Below the pieces are notes generated by a model that worked only from the letters and a program-made list of their open reading frames with translations, did no database searches and was not told the origin of the DNA. Position numbers and translations under genes: made by a program. From positions 1 through 24,463 of IMG/VR virus record IMGVR_UViG_3300044448_000080: a DNA stretch of 24,463 bases; one strand, given 5' to 3'. This document shows, piece by piece, positions 16,528 through 24,463 of the stretch. This DNA comes from a virus. Its lineage: Duplodnaviria; Caudoviricetes. Every line of letters begins with the position of its first letter. Position 1 is the first letter of the stretch.

Positions 16528-17205
16528 ATGTTATCTTTAAAACAAGGTCTTAGTTTAGATTCCATACGCTTACAAGGAGCGTGGAAGCCTAGTGATGAAG
16601 CTAGTTTAGAGGGTTGGTATCAAAAGGGCGAGGGAATCACTCTTAATGGCTCAGATGTTTCTAAATGGGATGATAGTTCTGGGCGTGGTGTTAATATGGT
16701 TCAAGCAACTGCAAGTGAGCAACCTGCTTATTCTAGTGGTGTTTTAACTTTTGATTCTAGTGCTACACAAAACTTACAATCAACTGGACAAATTTCTTTA
16801 TCAGGCGATTTTACTATTGGTGCAAAGGTGCATCTAGCTTCAGGTGGGGGTGTGTTTTTAGGAGATAATACTACAACAGGAGAATTTATACGGTTTTCAT
16901 CTACAAGTGAGTTTAGAGTACGAATAGACAATGCCACAGCAGTTAATATTGATAAAGATAGTGGCACTTGGCTAGAAGATGCTTATATGGTATTAACAAG
17001 AGTTAGCAATGTGCTTACTTTATATTGGAAGGGAACAGCACAAGTTGATACTGCAACTTTATCAGGAACAGCAGACATAGATGCAATAGGAGTTAGGAGG
17101 ACTGACTTAAACCCTTACGATGGAGATATTTCAGAAATTCAAATATATAGTAGTGCTAGTACAGGACTAACAGCTAATTTAAATGACTATCTTTCCAAAC
17201 TATAA
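16528..17205 (+). CDS. LamG/concanavalin-A-like lectin-domain virion protein
   Basis: VSKWDDSSG..MVQATASEQP, FTIG and YDGDISEIQIYS motifs. Confidence 0.65.
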   Translation: MLSLKQGLSLDSIRLQGAWKPSDEASLEGWYQKGEGITLNGSDVSKWDDSSGRGVNMVQATASEQPAYSSGVLTFDSSATQNLQSTGQISLSGDFTIGAKVHLASGGGVFLGDNTTTGEFIRFSSTSEFRVRIDNATAVNIDKDSGTWLEDAYMVLTRVSNVLTLYWKGTAQVDTATLSGTADIDAIGVRRTDLNPYDGDISEIQIYSSASTGLTANLNDYLSKL

Positions 17206-17213
17206 AAATTATT

Positions 17214-19217
17214 ATGAAAGACAATATTATTAACATCAATTTAGAAACGAGTACAGCACCTATTGTAAAAGAGGTAAGAGGCAGGGAATACATTGAATAC
17301 GGTACCGAAGATTGGGCGAACTTATATCCACAATTTCTAATTGATCTATACTATTCAAGTAGTATATCAGCAGCAATTATTAATGCAACATCAGAGATGG
17401 TTGCAGGTGAAGATTTAATTATTGAGGATGAAGATGATAGAGATTTAGATGCTAGAATAAAACTTCAGAACTTTATGAATAAAGCTAATGGTAATGAGAG
17501 CTTACATGAAGTAATAAAAAAAATATCTTTTGATTTTAAATTACAAGGGGCATTTGCGTTGAATATTGTATGGTCAAAGGATAGGACAGAAATAGCTGAA
17601 ATTTACCATGTAGGAGTTGAGAAAATTAGATGTGCTAGACCTGATGAATTAGGAAAAATAAGAGGATATTATATTAGTGCTGATTGGTCTAATACTAGAC
17701 AGAACAAACCTTACTACGTCCCTGCATTTAATACTAATGATAGAACTTGTGCCAACCAAATAATGTATTCAGGTCTATATAGCCCTAATATGAATAGCTA
17801 TTACACACCTGATTACGTCTCTTGTAATAACTGGGCATTGATCGATGCTAGGGTTTCAGAGTATCATCTCAACGCAATAAGCTCAGGATTTTCGGGGTCT
17901 TTTATGATAAATTTTTCGAATGGTATTCCGACTCAGGAAGAGCGTTTTCAAATAGAAAAAAGCCTAACAGATAAGTTTACAGGACAAAATAACGCTGGGA
18001 AATTTGTATTGACTTTTTCAGATGATAATACTAGAACCCCAACAGTACAACCAATAAGCACAAGTGATCTCGATAAACAATATTTGGCACTTCAGGAATT
18101 GCTTACTAGCAACATCCTGTCTGGTCACAGGGTGACTTCTAAAACACTTATGGGTATTGATAGTACCAATGGCTTCAGCTCTAATACAGACGAGCTGATA
18201 AACGCTGCAAACTTTTATCTTAATACTGTAATAAAACCCTATCAAGATCATATAGTAAAACAGCTAAGAAAAATATTCCAAGTAAATAATATGGATATGC
18301 CTGTAAACTTTGTACAGCTTAAACCAATCACAGTACAATTTGATTCTAAAACTTTAAGAGAGGTTATGACGCAAGATGAAATACGTGAAGAGCTGGGATT
18401 AGAACCATTAGGAGATGAAGCTACAATTGAGCAAGAAGTAAAGTTTAACAAAATAGGAATGATAGATGGAAAGCCTGTTTTTAGCACCATAGAAGAGGCT
18501 GAGGCTCATGCAAAGACTTTAGGGTGTACAGGGTACCACGAACACGAATATGAAGGCAGAACGGCTTATATGGCGTGTGAAGGGCATTCGGAAGCAACAG
18601 AGCTACATAAATTTATAGAAGAGTTTGGTGAAGATATACCTGAAGGATGGGATATTGTAGATGATGAAATAGTAGATGGTGAACACCAAGACTTTGATTT
18701 TGAAGATGAATTAAACAAAGTGGCAAATGAAAAATTTAACTTTGTAAGAACAGGGAGGGCTAATCCAAATGTAAGAAGTGAGCAAGATGGCTTAAATAAA
18801 GATGGCGATAAGTTTTTTAAAGTGAGATATATGTACACTAAAAATAATGCATTAAGTCAAGAAGGAGAAACAAGGAGTTTTTGCAAACTTATGATGGCAA
18901 CAAAAAAAGTGTATCGTAAGGAGGATATTTTGAGAATGACTAATATAGCTGTCAATCCAGGATGGGGACCGAGAGGTGCAAATACTTACTCAATCTGGCT
19001 CTACAAAGGAGGCGGCAATTGTCACCATTACTTCAGACGTGTAGTATATCAAGCACCTGCTAGTGATGAAGGTTTTGTAGTTTATCCTGATAACATTACA
19101 ACAGACAAAATTATTACAGCGACAAAAGCAAGAAGCGAAGGCTTTACAATTAAAAGAAATGATAGTCTAGTAGCAAAAGCACCTAAGACTATGGTGAATC
19201 AAGGATTTTTAGAATAG
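17214..19217 (+). CDS. Portal protein with a long C-terminal extension
   Basis: Portal core (YGTEDWANLYPQFLIDLY, DFKLQGAF, YYTPDY, FTGQNNAGK, ILSGHRVTS, MTQDEIREELGL) followed by about 265 extra residues. Confidence 0.85.
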   Translation: MKDNIININLETSTAPIVKEVRGREYIEYGTEDWANLYPQFLIDLYYSSSISAAIINATSEMVAGEDLIIEDEDDRDLDARIKLQNFMNKANGNESLHEVIKKISFDFKLQGAFALNIVWSKDRTEIAEIYHVGVEKIRCARPDELGKIRGYYISADWSNTRQNKPYYVPAFNTNDRTCANQIMYSGLYSPNMNSYYTPDYVSCNNWALIDARVSEYHLNAISSGFSGSFMINFSNGIPTQEERFQIEKSLTDKFTGQNNAGKFVLTFSDDNTRTPTVQPISTSDLDKQYLALQELLTSNILSGHRVTSKTLMGIDSTNGFSSNTDELINAANFYLNTVIKPYQDHIVKQLRKIFQVNNMDMPVNFVQLKPITVQFDSKTLREVMTQDEIREELGLEPLGDEATIEQEVKFNKIGMIDGKPVFSTIEEAEAHAKTLGCTGYHEHEYEGRTAYMACEGHSEATELHKFIEEFGEDIPEGWDIVDDEIVDGEHQDFDFEDELNKVANEKFNFVRTGRANPNVRSEQDGLNKDGDKFFKVRYMYTKNNALSQEGETRSFCKLMMATKKVYRKEDILRMTNIAVNPGWGPRGANTYSIWLYKGGGNCHHYFRRVVYQAPASDEGFVVYPDNITTDKIITATKARSEGFTIKRNDSLVAKAPKTMVNQGFLE

Positions 19218-19223
19218 AGAATT

Positions 19224-19796
19224 ATGGCATACGTATTATTTATAAGTGAAGAGAAACTTAAAGACGCTACAACAATCGGACTTAATGTAGATCCTGAATT
19301 GTTACTCCCGTATATTAAGCAAAGTCAAAAGCTGTATGTAGAAACTAAACTAGGTACAGATCTTAACCAAAAATTGAAAGACTTAATTACAGCAGGAACT
19401 GTAAACAATGCAGGGAATGAAGCCTATGCAACTTTACTAAACGATTATATTGGCGAAATGTTGCCTTCATTCGCATTATATATGGCAATTCCTTTTCTGA
19501 GATTTAAAATCGAAAATGGAAATATCTATTCTAAGACATCAGAAACAGGAACAGCATTATCAACTGAAGAAGCTCAACATCTTAGAAATGAGGTACTTAA
19601 CACGGGCGAATATTATATGGAACGAATGATTGATTATATAAGAAACAACACGAGTAGTTTCCCTGAATACAGCACCAACACGGGATCAGACGTGTCGCCT
19701 GATAAAAATTCTTACTATTCTAATATGAACTTAGAAAGACCCGATACACAAGGAACTAAATTAACATTAAGAAATTTTTTAACTCCTGACATATAA
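19224..19796 (+). CDS. Putative head-tail adaptor
   Basis: LFISEEKLK, NVDPELLLPYIK.SQ and LGTDL motifs; helical protein immediately after the portal. Confidence 0.55.
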   Translation: MAYVLFISEEKLKDATTIGLNVDPELLLPYIKQSQKLYVETKLGTDLNQKLKDLITAGTVNNAGNEAYATLLNDYIGEMLPSFALYMAIPFLRFKIENGNIYSKTSETGTALSTEEAQHLRNEVLNTGEYYMERMIDYIRNNTSSFPEYSTNTGSDVSPDKNSYYSNMNLERPDTQGTKLTLRNFLTPDI

Positions 19797-19797
19797 G

Positions 19798-19941
19798 ATG
19801 AAGAGATACTATAAAACAAAAAAAACAAATATAACTAAACTAAAGACATATTTAAAAGATGCCATTAAAACAAATAACAAAGGATGTGGGCGAAGTGCTG
19901 GGAGTAAACACAGCGATACTAAGCATCACAACGTTCACTAA
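19798..19941 (+). CDS. Small basic hypothetical protein (47 aa)
   Basis: MKRYYKTKKTNITKLKTYLKDA...; ATG 1 nt after the previous stop; overlaps the next ORF. Confidence 0.35.
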   Translation: MKRYYKTKKTNITKLKTYLKDAIKTNNKGCGRSAGSKHSDTKHHNVH

Positions 19942-20029
19942 TTTAGAGTTATTTCTAAAGATATTATTACTTGTAATAACAATAATATATACTATTGATA
20001 AATGGTGGTATCGTAAAAAAAATAGATAA
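19859..20029 (+). CDS. Putative holin/membrane protein (56 aa)
   Basis: MPLKQITKDVGEVLGVNTAILSITTFTNLELFLKILLLVITIIYTIDKWWYRKKNR: hydrophobic helix with a basic C-tail; below the ORF-track cutoff. Confidence 0.55.
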   Translation: MPLKQITKDVGEVLGVNTAILSITTFTNLELFLKILLLVITIIYTIDKWWYRKKNR

Positions 20030-20160
20030 TGCCTAAGAAAAGAAAACTCAATTCAAAGAATCCTAAGTATAACAAATCCCTAGAAAATAGTGTTAAAATG
20101 CGTAAAGAGTTTGTTCAAGAAGTTAAAGGAGTCAAAATCTACAAAGCCTATTACCTCTAA
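20029..20160 (+). CDS. Small basic hypothetical protein (43 aa)
   Basis: MPKKRKLNSKNPKY...KAYYL; TAATG-coupled; overlaps the 5' part of the next ORF. Confidence 0.4.
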   Translation: MPKKRKLNSKNPKYNKSLENSVKMRKEFVQEVKGVKIYKAYYL

Positions 20161-20572
20161 AATTAATAAAGTAAACCTGTTGTTAATTAGAGATACTCTA
20201 ACAGAGCAATCTACTATGGGTAAGTTGTTTCTAAATGGAGAGCAATTTTGTGATACTTTAGAGCTTCCTTGGAAAGAAAATCAAAGAAGTATATCTTGTA
20301 TTCCTGCTGGTGAATATAATGCAAGACTAAGATTACCAAGAGAAAGTGCTACAAGAGAATATGTTCATTTATTAATTAAAGATGTACCTAATAGAGATTA
20401 TATTCTTGTTCATATCGGAAACACCACCAAAGATACAAAGGGCTGTATTCTAGTTGGTCAAAGTCGTAAACAACACTTTGTTGGCAACTCAACTTTGGCA
20501 ATGGAATTGCTAATAAAAGAAATCATAAATTTGGGAGGTGAGAATATAAAATTAATAATCAAAAATAAATAA
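20090..20572 (+). CDS. DUF5675-like protein, candidate endolysin
   Basis: STMGKL...CDTLELPW...SCIPAGEY...VPNRDYILVHIGN...DTKGCILVG; flanked by membrane proteins. Start uncertain. Confidence 0.7.
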   Translation: MLKCVKSLFKKLKESKSTKPITSKINKVNLLLIRDTLTEQSTMGKLFLNGEQFCDTLELPWKENQRSISCIPAGEYNARLRLPRESATREYVHLLIKDVPNRDYILVHIGNTTKDTKGCILVGQSRKQHFVGNSTLAMELLIKEIINLGGENIKLIIKNK

Positions 20573-20574
20573 CT

Positions 20575-20760
20575 ATGTTTAAAAATTATCTAATTTCACA
20601 GATGTTAAAATCCAAGAAGTTTTGGTATGCAGTAAGTTCTATTGTAATTCCTATTATAGTTCAATATTTAGGAGTTGATGAAGCAACTGCATCGAATCTA
20701 TTTTATGCTTGTTTAACTTTAGTGGTTGGACAGGGAATTGCAGATAGTGCAAGAAAATAA
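20575..20760 (+). CDS. Putative holin (2 TM)
   Basis: SKKFW followed by two hydrophobic segments and a GQGIAD ending. Confidence 0.6.
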   Translation: MFKNYLISQMLKSKKFWYAVSSIVIPIIVQYLGVDEATASNLFYACLTLVVGQGIADSARK

Positions 20761-21469
20761 TAGATACCGCTTAAAGCCACACGAGATTGTGGCACTTAAA
20801 AAAATGAGGGAAACCGATACTAGGAATGTCCTAGTCATCGGTGACCTTCACGAACCTTTCTGTTTAGATGGTTACCTTGATTGGTGCTTAGAACAATACT
20901 ATGACTACAACTGCACAGAGGTAGTCTTCATAGGTGATGTAATAGATAACCATTTTTCTTCCTACCACGAAACCTCAGCAGATGGTATGGGTGGGGCAGA
21001 TGAGTTAGAATATGCTATTAAAAGGATAGCAAGGTGGAGAAATGCATTTCCTTTAGCTACTGTGATAATCGGCAACCACGATAGAATTATAATGCGTAAA
21101 GCACAAACCTCAGCAATACCTAGTAAGTGGATTAAATCTTATAAAGAAGTATTAGAAGTTCCTGATTGGAATTTTGTAGAACGATATGAAAAAGATGGCG
21201 TTCAATATATTCATGGAGAAGGTGGAACCGCGAGGACTAAGTGTCGTGCTGATATGATGAATACAGTACAGGGTCATCTTCATACACAATGTTATACAGA
21301 ACACTATGTAGGTAAAAATTTCCGTGTTTTTGGCACTCAAGTCGGCTCAGGAATTAATCATAAATCTTATGCAATGGCTTACGCTAAATATGGCAAACGA
21401 CCAGCAGTTGGATGTGCTGTTATATTAAACTCAGGAAAAACCCCTTTAAACCTTTTAATGCCCTTATAA
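20726..21469 (+). CDS. Calcineurin-like metallophosphoesterase
   Basis: GDLH, GDVID, GNHD, HG and GHLH motifs; the start may be the GTG near 20747. Confidence 0.85.
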   Translation: MDRELQIVQENNRYRLKPHEIVALKKMRETDTRNVLVIGDLHEPFCLDGYLDWCLEQYYDYNCTEVVFIGDVIDNHFSSYHETSADGMGGADELEYAIKRIARWRNAFPLATVIIGNHDRIIMRKAQTSAIPSKWIKSYKEVLEVPDWNFVERYEKDGVQYIHGEGGTARTKCRADMMNTVQGHLHTQCYTEHYVGKNFRVFGTQVGSGINHKSYAMAYAKYGKRPAVGCAVILNSGKTPLNLLMPL

Positions 21470-21546
21470 TGCACTTAAAAGACTCTACAAAGCTAACCCT
21501 ACTTTATTTATTACTTATAGTAATAGTTTTGCTCATTTCTCTTTAA
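21469..21546 (+). CDS. 25-aa single-TM peptide
   Basis: MHLKDSTKLTLLYLLLIVIVLLISL; TAATG coupling. Confidence 0.45.
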   Translation: MHLKDSTKLTLLYLLLIVIVLLISL

Positions 21547-21551
21547 TTTTC

Positions 21552-21581
21552 TTGTTAACATATTAATTGTTAATAACTTTG
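21552..21581 (+). promoter_or_regulatory. Bacteroidota housekeeping-sigma promoter 1
   Basis: TTG (21552-54)-N19-TAACTTTG (21574-81). Confidence 0.55.
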
Positions 21582-21614
21582 TAAATAATTGTGTTAATAT
21601 AGTTGTTAATTCAA
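21567..21614. repeat. Four imperfect 12-bp tandem repeats with core (T/G)TGT(T/A)AAT
   Basis: Units start at 21567, 21579, 21591 and 21603; an extra TTGTTAACA at 21552. Confidence 0.6.
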
Positions 21615-21632
21615 ATATTTGTTGTATGTTTG
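21603..21632 (+). promoter_or_regulatory. Bacteroidota housekeeping-sigma promoter 2 (early operon)
   Basis: TTG (21603-05)-N19-TATGTTTG (21625-32), 27 nt before ATG 21660. Confidence 0.75.
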
Positions 21633-21659
21633 TACCATTATTAATTTAAAAAAAAGAAA

Positions 21660-21995
21660 ATGAAAACAACTTTTAAAATGAAAGAAGCAACAAACACTTC
21701 AGAAGCAATTTACTCAATAGAAAATGTACTAATTGAGAACCCACTATGGCTAAACAAATGTACTAGCGACTTGTTTGCAGTAGTAAAACAATGTTGGGAC
21801 TTACCATTGACTGTGCAAGAATACAAAGTAGACAAAGCTAATTTTGACAATTCACACGATTACCTAGATGCCCTAGACAAATCAAAACATCAAGTTAGTA
21901 TGCTTTCAATGTTAAATTCAGAACAAATCATCAACTTGTTTATTGAAATCAAAACTGAATACTATAACTTTTTAGATAATACACAATGGAGTTAA
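21660..21995 (+). CDS. Hypothetical early protein
   Basis: First ORF after the promoters; A-rich leader. Confidence 0.6.
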   Translation: MKTTFKMKEATNTSEAIYSIENVLIENPLWLNKCTSDLFAVVKQCWDLPLTVQEYKVDKANFDNSHDYLDALDKSKHQVSMLSMLNSEQIINLFIEIKTEYYNFLDNTQWS

Positions 21996-22318
21996 TTTGC
22001 GAAGATTACTATTTCTATAATAACGGAATATACTCCAGTATTGCTAAATTTTCACCTGATGGCTGGTTCTCAGATTTGAAAAAAGTAGAACCAAGTATAA
22101 GAGTATTTGGAACTAGAAAACAGGTTGATGATGCTATTGATGTTTATGTAGAAATGACAGGGCTAAATTTAGATGAATGTCATACCTTTGAGGTTGAAAA
22201 AGAAGGCTCGTTTTTTTATAATGAAGAACGCAATAAGATCATTAAAAAGAAACTCCAAGAATATAAAGAACGCTACAATCAACTGAGTAATAACAAAGCA
22301 CTAATAACAACGATATGA
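21986..22318 (+). CDS. Hypothetical early protein
   Basis: Overlap-coupled ORF. Confidence 0.6.
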   Translation: MELICEDYYFYNNGIYSSIAKFSPDGWFSDLKKVEPSIRVFGTRKQVDDAIDVYVEMTGLNLDECHTFEVEKEGSFFYNEERNKIIKKKLQEYKERYNQLSNNKALITTI

Positions 22319-22533
22319 CACCAATACCTTTAGAAGAAGAACTAATACATAAAAGAATGAATGATATTAATACATTCCAAGCACACGAAAACGAGGTATA
22401 TTTAAGAGGTACAGACGAATACGGAAAAGACTTTCAAATTTGTTTTGATGCTTATAACTTTTTAGAATGGATTGATACTGAAAATTTAAAGTACATAAAA
22501 AAACAATTAACTAAATACATAAAAACGAAATAA
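22315..22533 (+). CDS. Hypothetical early protein
   Basis: ATGA and TAATG coupling. Confidence 0.6.
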   Translation: MTPIPLEEELIHKRMNDINTFQAHENEVYLRGTDEYGKDFQICFDAYNFLEWIDTENLKYIKKQLTKYIKTK

Positions 22534-22892
22534 TGGAAGAAATAAAAGATTATGCAATAGAGGGGCTTGAAAACCTAAAAGGAACAAATCCTGAAGCATC
22601 AGACCTACATCATAACATATTTAATATGGATTACTATATTATTGGAACTTATGAAGCTAAAAAATGGGTAGAAAAAATAGGGGCTTTTGAAGTTATAAGT
22701 GAGATTGTAGATTATGAAACTGTACATTTTGGAGAAGTACATACAGATTGTGCAGACCCTGAAAAGGTAGCTAATATGTATGCCTATATTAAAGGGCAAG
22801 AAATATTGGATGAAAGCAAAACATACCACGAGCTATACCACGAGCAATTAAATGATGGAGATTTACAGCAAATAATTAATGAATTAAATTAA
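22533..22892 (+). CDS. Acidic early protein (possible Ocr-like DNA mimic)
   Basis: About 26 D/E versus 8 K and no R in 119 aa; function speculative. Confidence 0.4.
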   Translation: MEEIKDYAIEGLENLKGTNPEASDLHHNIFNMDYYIIGTYEAKKWVEKIGAFEVISEIVDYETVHFGEVHTDCADPEKVANMYAYIKGQEILDESKTYHELYHEQLNDGDLQQIINELN

Positions 22893-22934
22893 TTTTTTTA
22901 TTTTTAACAAAATTATAAACAAAAACAATAAGAT

Positions 22935-23321
22935 ATGAAAACGGAACTATTAAAAGAAAAGTACATAAAGTACCAATTAACAAAAGATGATGTATTCAAA
23001 CATCAGCATTACATCATTATCACTCGTAGCGGCATAGAGAAAATACAAGCCATTGAAAATATACATATTAATTATGATGTGATAAAATGTGATCCTAATT
23101 TTGCTTCAGTTAAAGCAACTGCAATAAAAGATACAAATACAATCCAAACATTTGGATCTGCTTTAAAAGGAAGTAGCTTTAAAGATGGGAATACGAATAG
23201 TTGGTATGTAATGGAAATGGCAGAGAAACGAGCAATGAGTAGAGCAGTCCTCAAGCTAACGGGCTTCTACGAGTTAGGAGTATTTGGTGAAGATGAAGCA
23301 GAAGAATTTAAAAAGAAATAA
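22935..23321 (+). CDS. Conserved phage protein, possible ssDNA-annealing protein
   Basis: IITRSGIEKI...FGSA...EMAEKRAMSRAVLK...GEDE; lies near the SSB-like gene. Confidence 0.4.
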   Translation: MKTELLKEKYIKYQLTKDDVFKHQHYIIITRSGIEKIQAIENIHINYDVIKCDPNFASVKATAIKDTNTIQTFGSALKGSSFKDGNTNSWYVMEMAEKRAMSRAVLKLTGFYELGVFGEDEAEEFKKK

Positions 23322-23324
23322 TAT

Positions 23325-23409
23325 AGAAAGTGAAAAGGTTAGATAATAAATTAATAATTCAGCGATTATACTTTGTGGTGTTATCAATTCCTTTTCACTT
23401 TCTTTTTTT
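23325..23409 (+). terminator. Long hairpin with U-tract
   Basis: Perfect 14-bp inverted repeat AGAAAGTGAAAAGG (23325-38)/CCTTTTCACTTTCT (23390-403) followed by a T run. Confidence 0.5.
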
Positions 23410-23428
23410 AATAACTAAATAATAAATT

Positions 23429-23602
23429 ATGGAAACTTATATGCCAAAGAACAGCATTAACACACCCTTAGATAAAAGCGAAAAAGTAGAAAGATTACTA
23501 CAAGAAAACGAAAGGGTAAGACAAAACAACATGGAGTTAAAATTGCAAATAATAGATGCAAGAAAAAAACTAAATCAAATTAGAGAATTAATTAAAAAAT
23601 AA
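23429..23602 (+). CDS. Small coiled-coil protein (57 aa)
   Basis: METYMPKNSINTPLDKSEKVERLLQENERVRQNNMELKLQIIDARKKLNQIRELIKK; A-rich leader. Confidence 0.6.
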   Translation: METYMPKNSINTPLDKSEKVERLLQENERVRQNNMELKLQIIDARKKLNQIRELIKK

Positions 23603-23607
23603 AAAAA

Positions 23608-23919
23608 ATGACAATAATTGGAAAACTAATTAAAAAACTAGATGTTGAAACAGGCATCAGTAAAACAGGAAAGGAATGGAGAAAACAATCTATACTTGTA
23701 GAACAAGCAGGAACAGACTACAACAAACAAGTAGTAATAACTTTCTTTGGGGATAAAATGAAAAGCATTAGAGATGTTGAAGAAGGTTCTGATGTTAATG
23801 TTTCAGTAAATGTTTCTTCAAGAGAATTTAACGGTAAATATTATCATAATATTGATGGTTGGTTTTGTGCTGTATCAGGGAAAGAAACTGTTGGGGAATC
23901 TGATGAAATGCCGTTCTAA
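23608..23919 (+). CDS. DUF3127-like OB-fold protein (SSB-like)
   Basis: G.SKTGKEWRKQ, FFGDK, SREFNGKYYHNIDGW and an acidic DEMPF tail. Confidence 0.8.
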   Translation: MTIIGKLIKKLDVETGISKTGKEWRKQSILVEQAGTDYNKQVVITFFGDKMKSIRDVEEGSDVNVSVNVSSREFNGKYYHNIDGWFCAVSGKETVGESDEMPF

Positions 23920-24437
23920 TGACAGAAGAAGAAAACTTTAAAAACATTTGTAATCTCACTACAAAGCTAATGGGATTTGAAGATGGGGCTTTATCCTTAA
24001 AGAGCAGGAAAAGACCTTTGCAAGTAGCAAGATCAGTTGCAGCTTATATTGGAAGGACTGAAGAAAATATACATAGAACTGTAATTGCTAAAGTATTAAA
24101 TAGAGATAGGAGCTTAATATATCATTATGAACATGGGCATAGAGGTAATTATGCTACGTGCATTATATATAGAAATACTTTCAATAAAGTATATAGAGGG
24201 TACAAAGATATTGATGATTCTAAATTAACTTTCTTACATGATGATTTTTTAAGAACACATTTAATACAAAATGGTGTAAGAGAAAATAATAAATCACAGG
24301 TATTTTTGGAAGTAATTAGTGGTGATGCAGTATGTATAATAAAGACATCTTATTTTGACTTTTCAAATCAATTAGAAAATGTTAAATTTGCCATGAATAA
24401 TTATCATTATACAATAAAAATTATAACTAACGACTAA
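23919..24437 (+). CDS. DnaA domain-IV-like HTH protein
   Basis: KSRKRPLQVARSVAAYI...IAKVLNRDRSLIYHY resembles the DnaA C-terminal SRxRxxxxxRQIAMYL...IG..F.RDHSTV.H signature. Confidence 0.65.
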   Translation: MTEEENFKNICNLTTKLMGFEDGALSLKSRKRPLQVARSVAAYIGRTEENIHRTVIAKVLNRDRSLIYHYEHGHRGNYATCIIYRNTFNKVYRGYKDIDDSKLTFLHDDFLRTHLIQNGVRENNKSQVFLEVISGDAVCIIKTSYFDFSNQLENVKFAMNNYHYTIKIITND

Positions 24438-24463
24438 TGCAAAAACCAAATTACTATGCTGTC
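24437..24463 (+). CDS. Start of a putative replication initiator (truncated)
   Basis: TAATG-coupled MQKPNYYAV resembles the N-termini of phage HTH replisome organisers; only 9 codons are visible. Confidence 0.35.

Noticed and set aside
2384-23254. All minus-strand ORFs in the track (e.g. 10984-11436, 4409-4666, 18566-18838)
   Set aside because: Antisense shadows of well-supported + strand genes, with no motifs or expression signals.
23919-24437. True chromosomal dnaA
   Set aside because: Only a domain-IV-like HTH is present; there is no AAA+ domain.
1-24463. CRISPR array, diversity-generating retroelement, intron/intein or stop-codon recoding
   Set aside because: I saw no repeat-spacer array, reverse transcriptase or interrupted core gene, and genes tile densely under the standard code.

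Overview
AT-rich fragment of a tailed dsDNA phage (siphovirus-like), with every credible gene on the + strand. The host is most likely Bacteroidota/Flavobacteriia: there are TTG-N19-TAnnTTTG promoters, A-rich leaders without Shine-Dalgarno, and DUF3127- and DUF5675-like genes. Gene order: ParB-like gene (5'-truncated), Mom-like adenine-modification gene, tRNA-Gly-like element, terminase small and large subunits, frameshifting tail-chaperone-like gene, neck/tail genes, tape measure, prohead protease, scaffold, major capsid, tail tube, minor virion genes, portal with a MuF-like extension, head-tail adaptor, lysis cassette, metallophosphoesterase, then host-type promoters and early/replication genes. 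The most striking feature is an atypical tRNA-Gly-like cloverleaf (1084-1158) overlapping the end of the Mom-like gene. It keeps the glycine identity elements but has lost features needed for translation, suggesting a dedicated glycyl donor for DNA hypermodification. Other notable features are a -1 frameshift site, a bipartite late-promoter motif, candidate anti-start-codon small RNAs, and a 12-bp-period DnaA-box-like array upstream of a DnaA-domain-IV-like gene. All family calls come from motif recognition by eye; no database searches were run.
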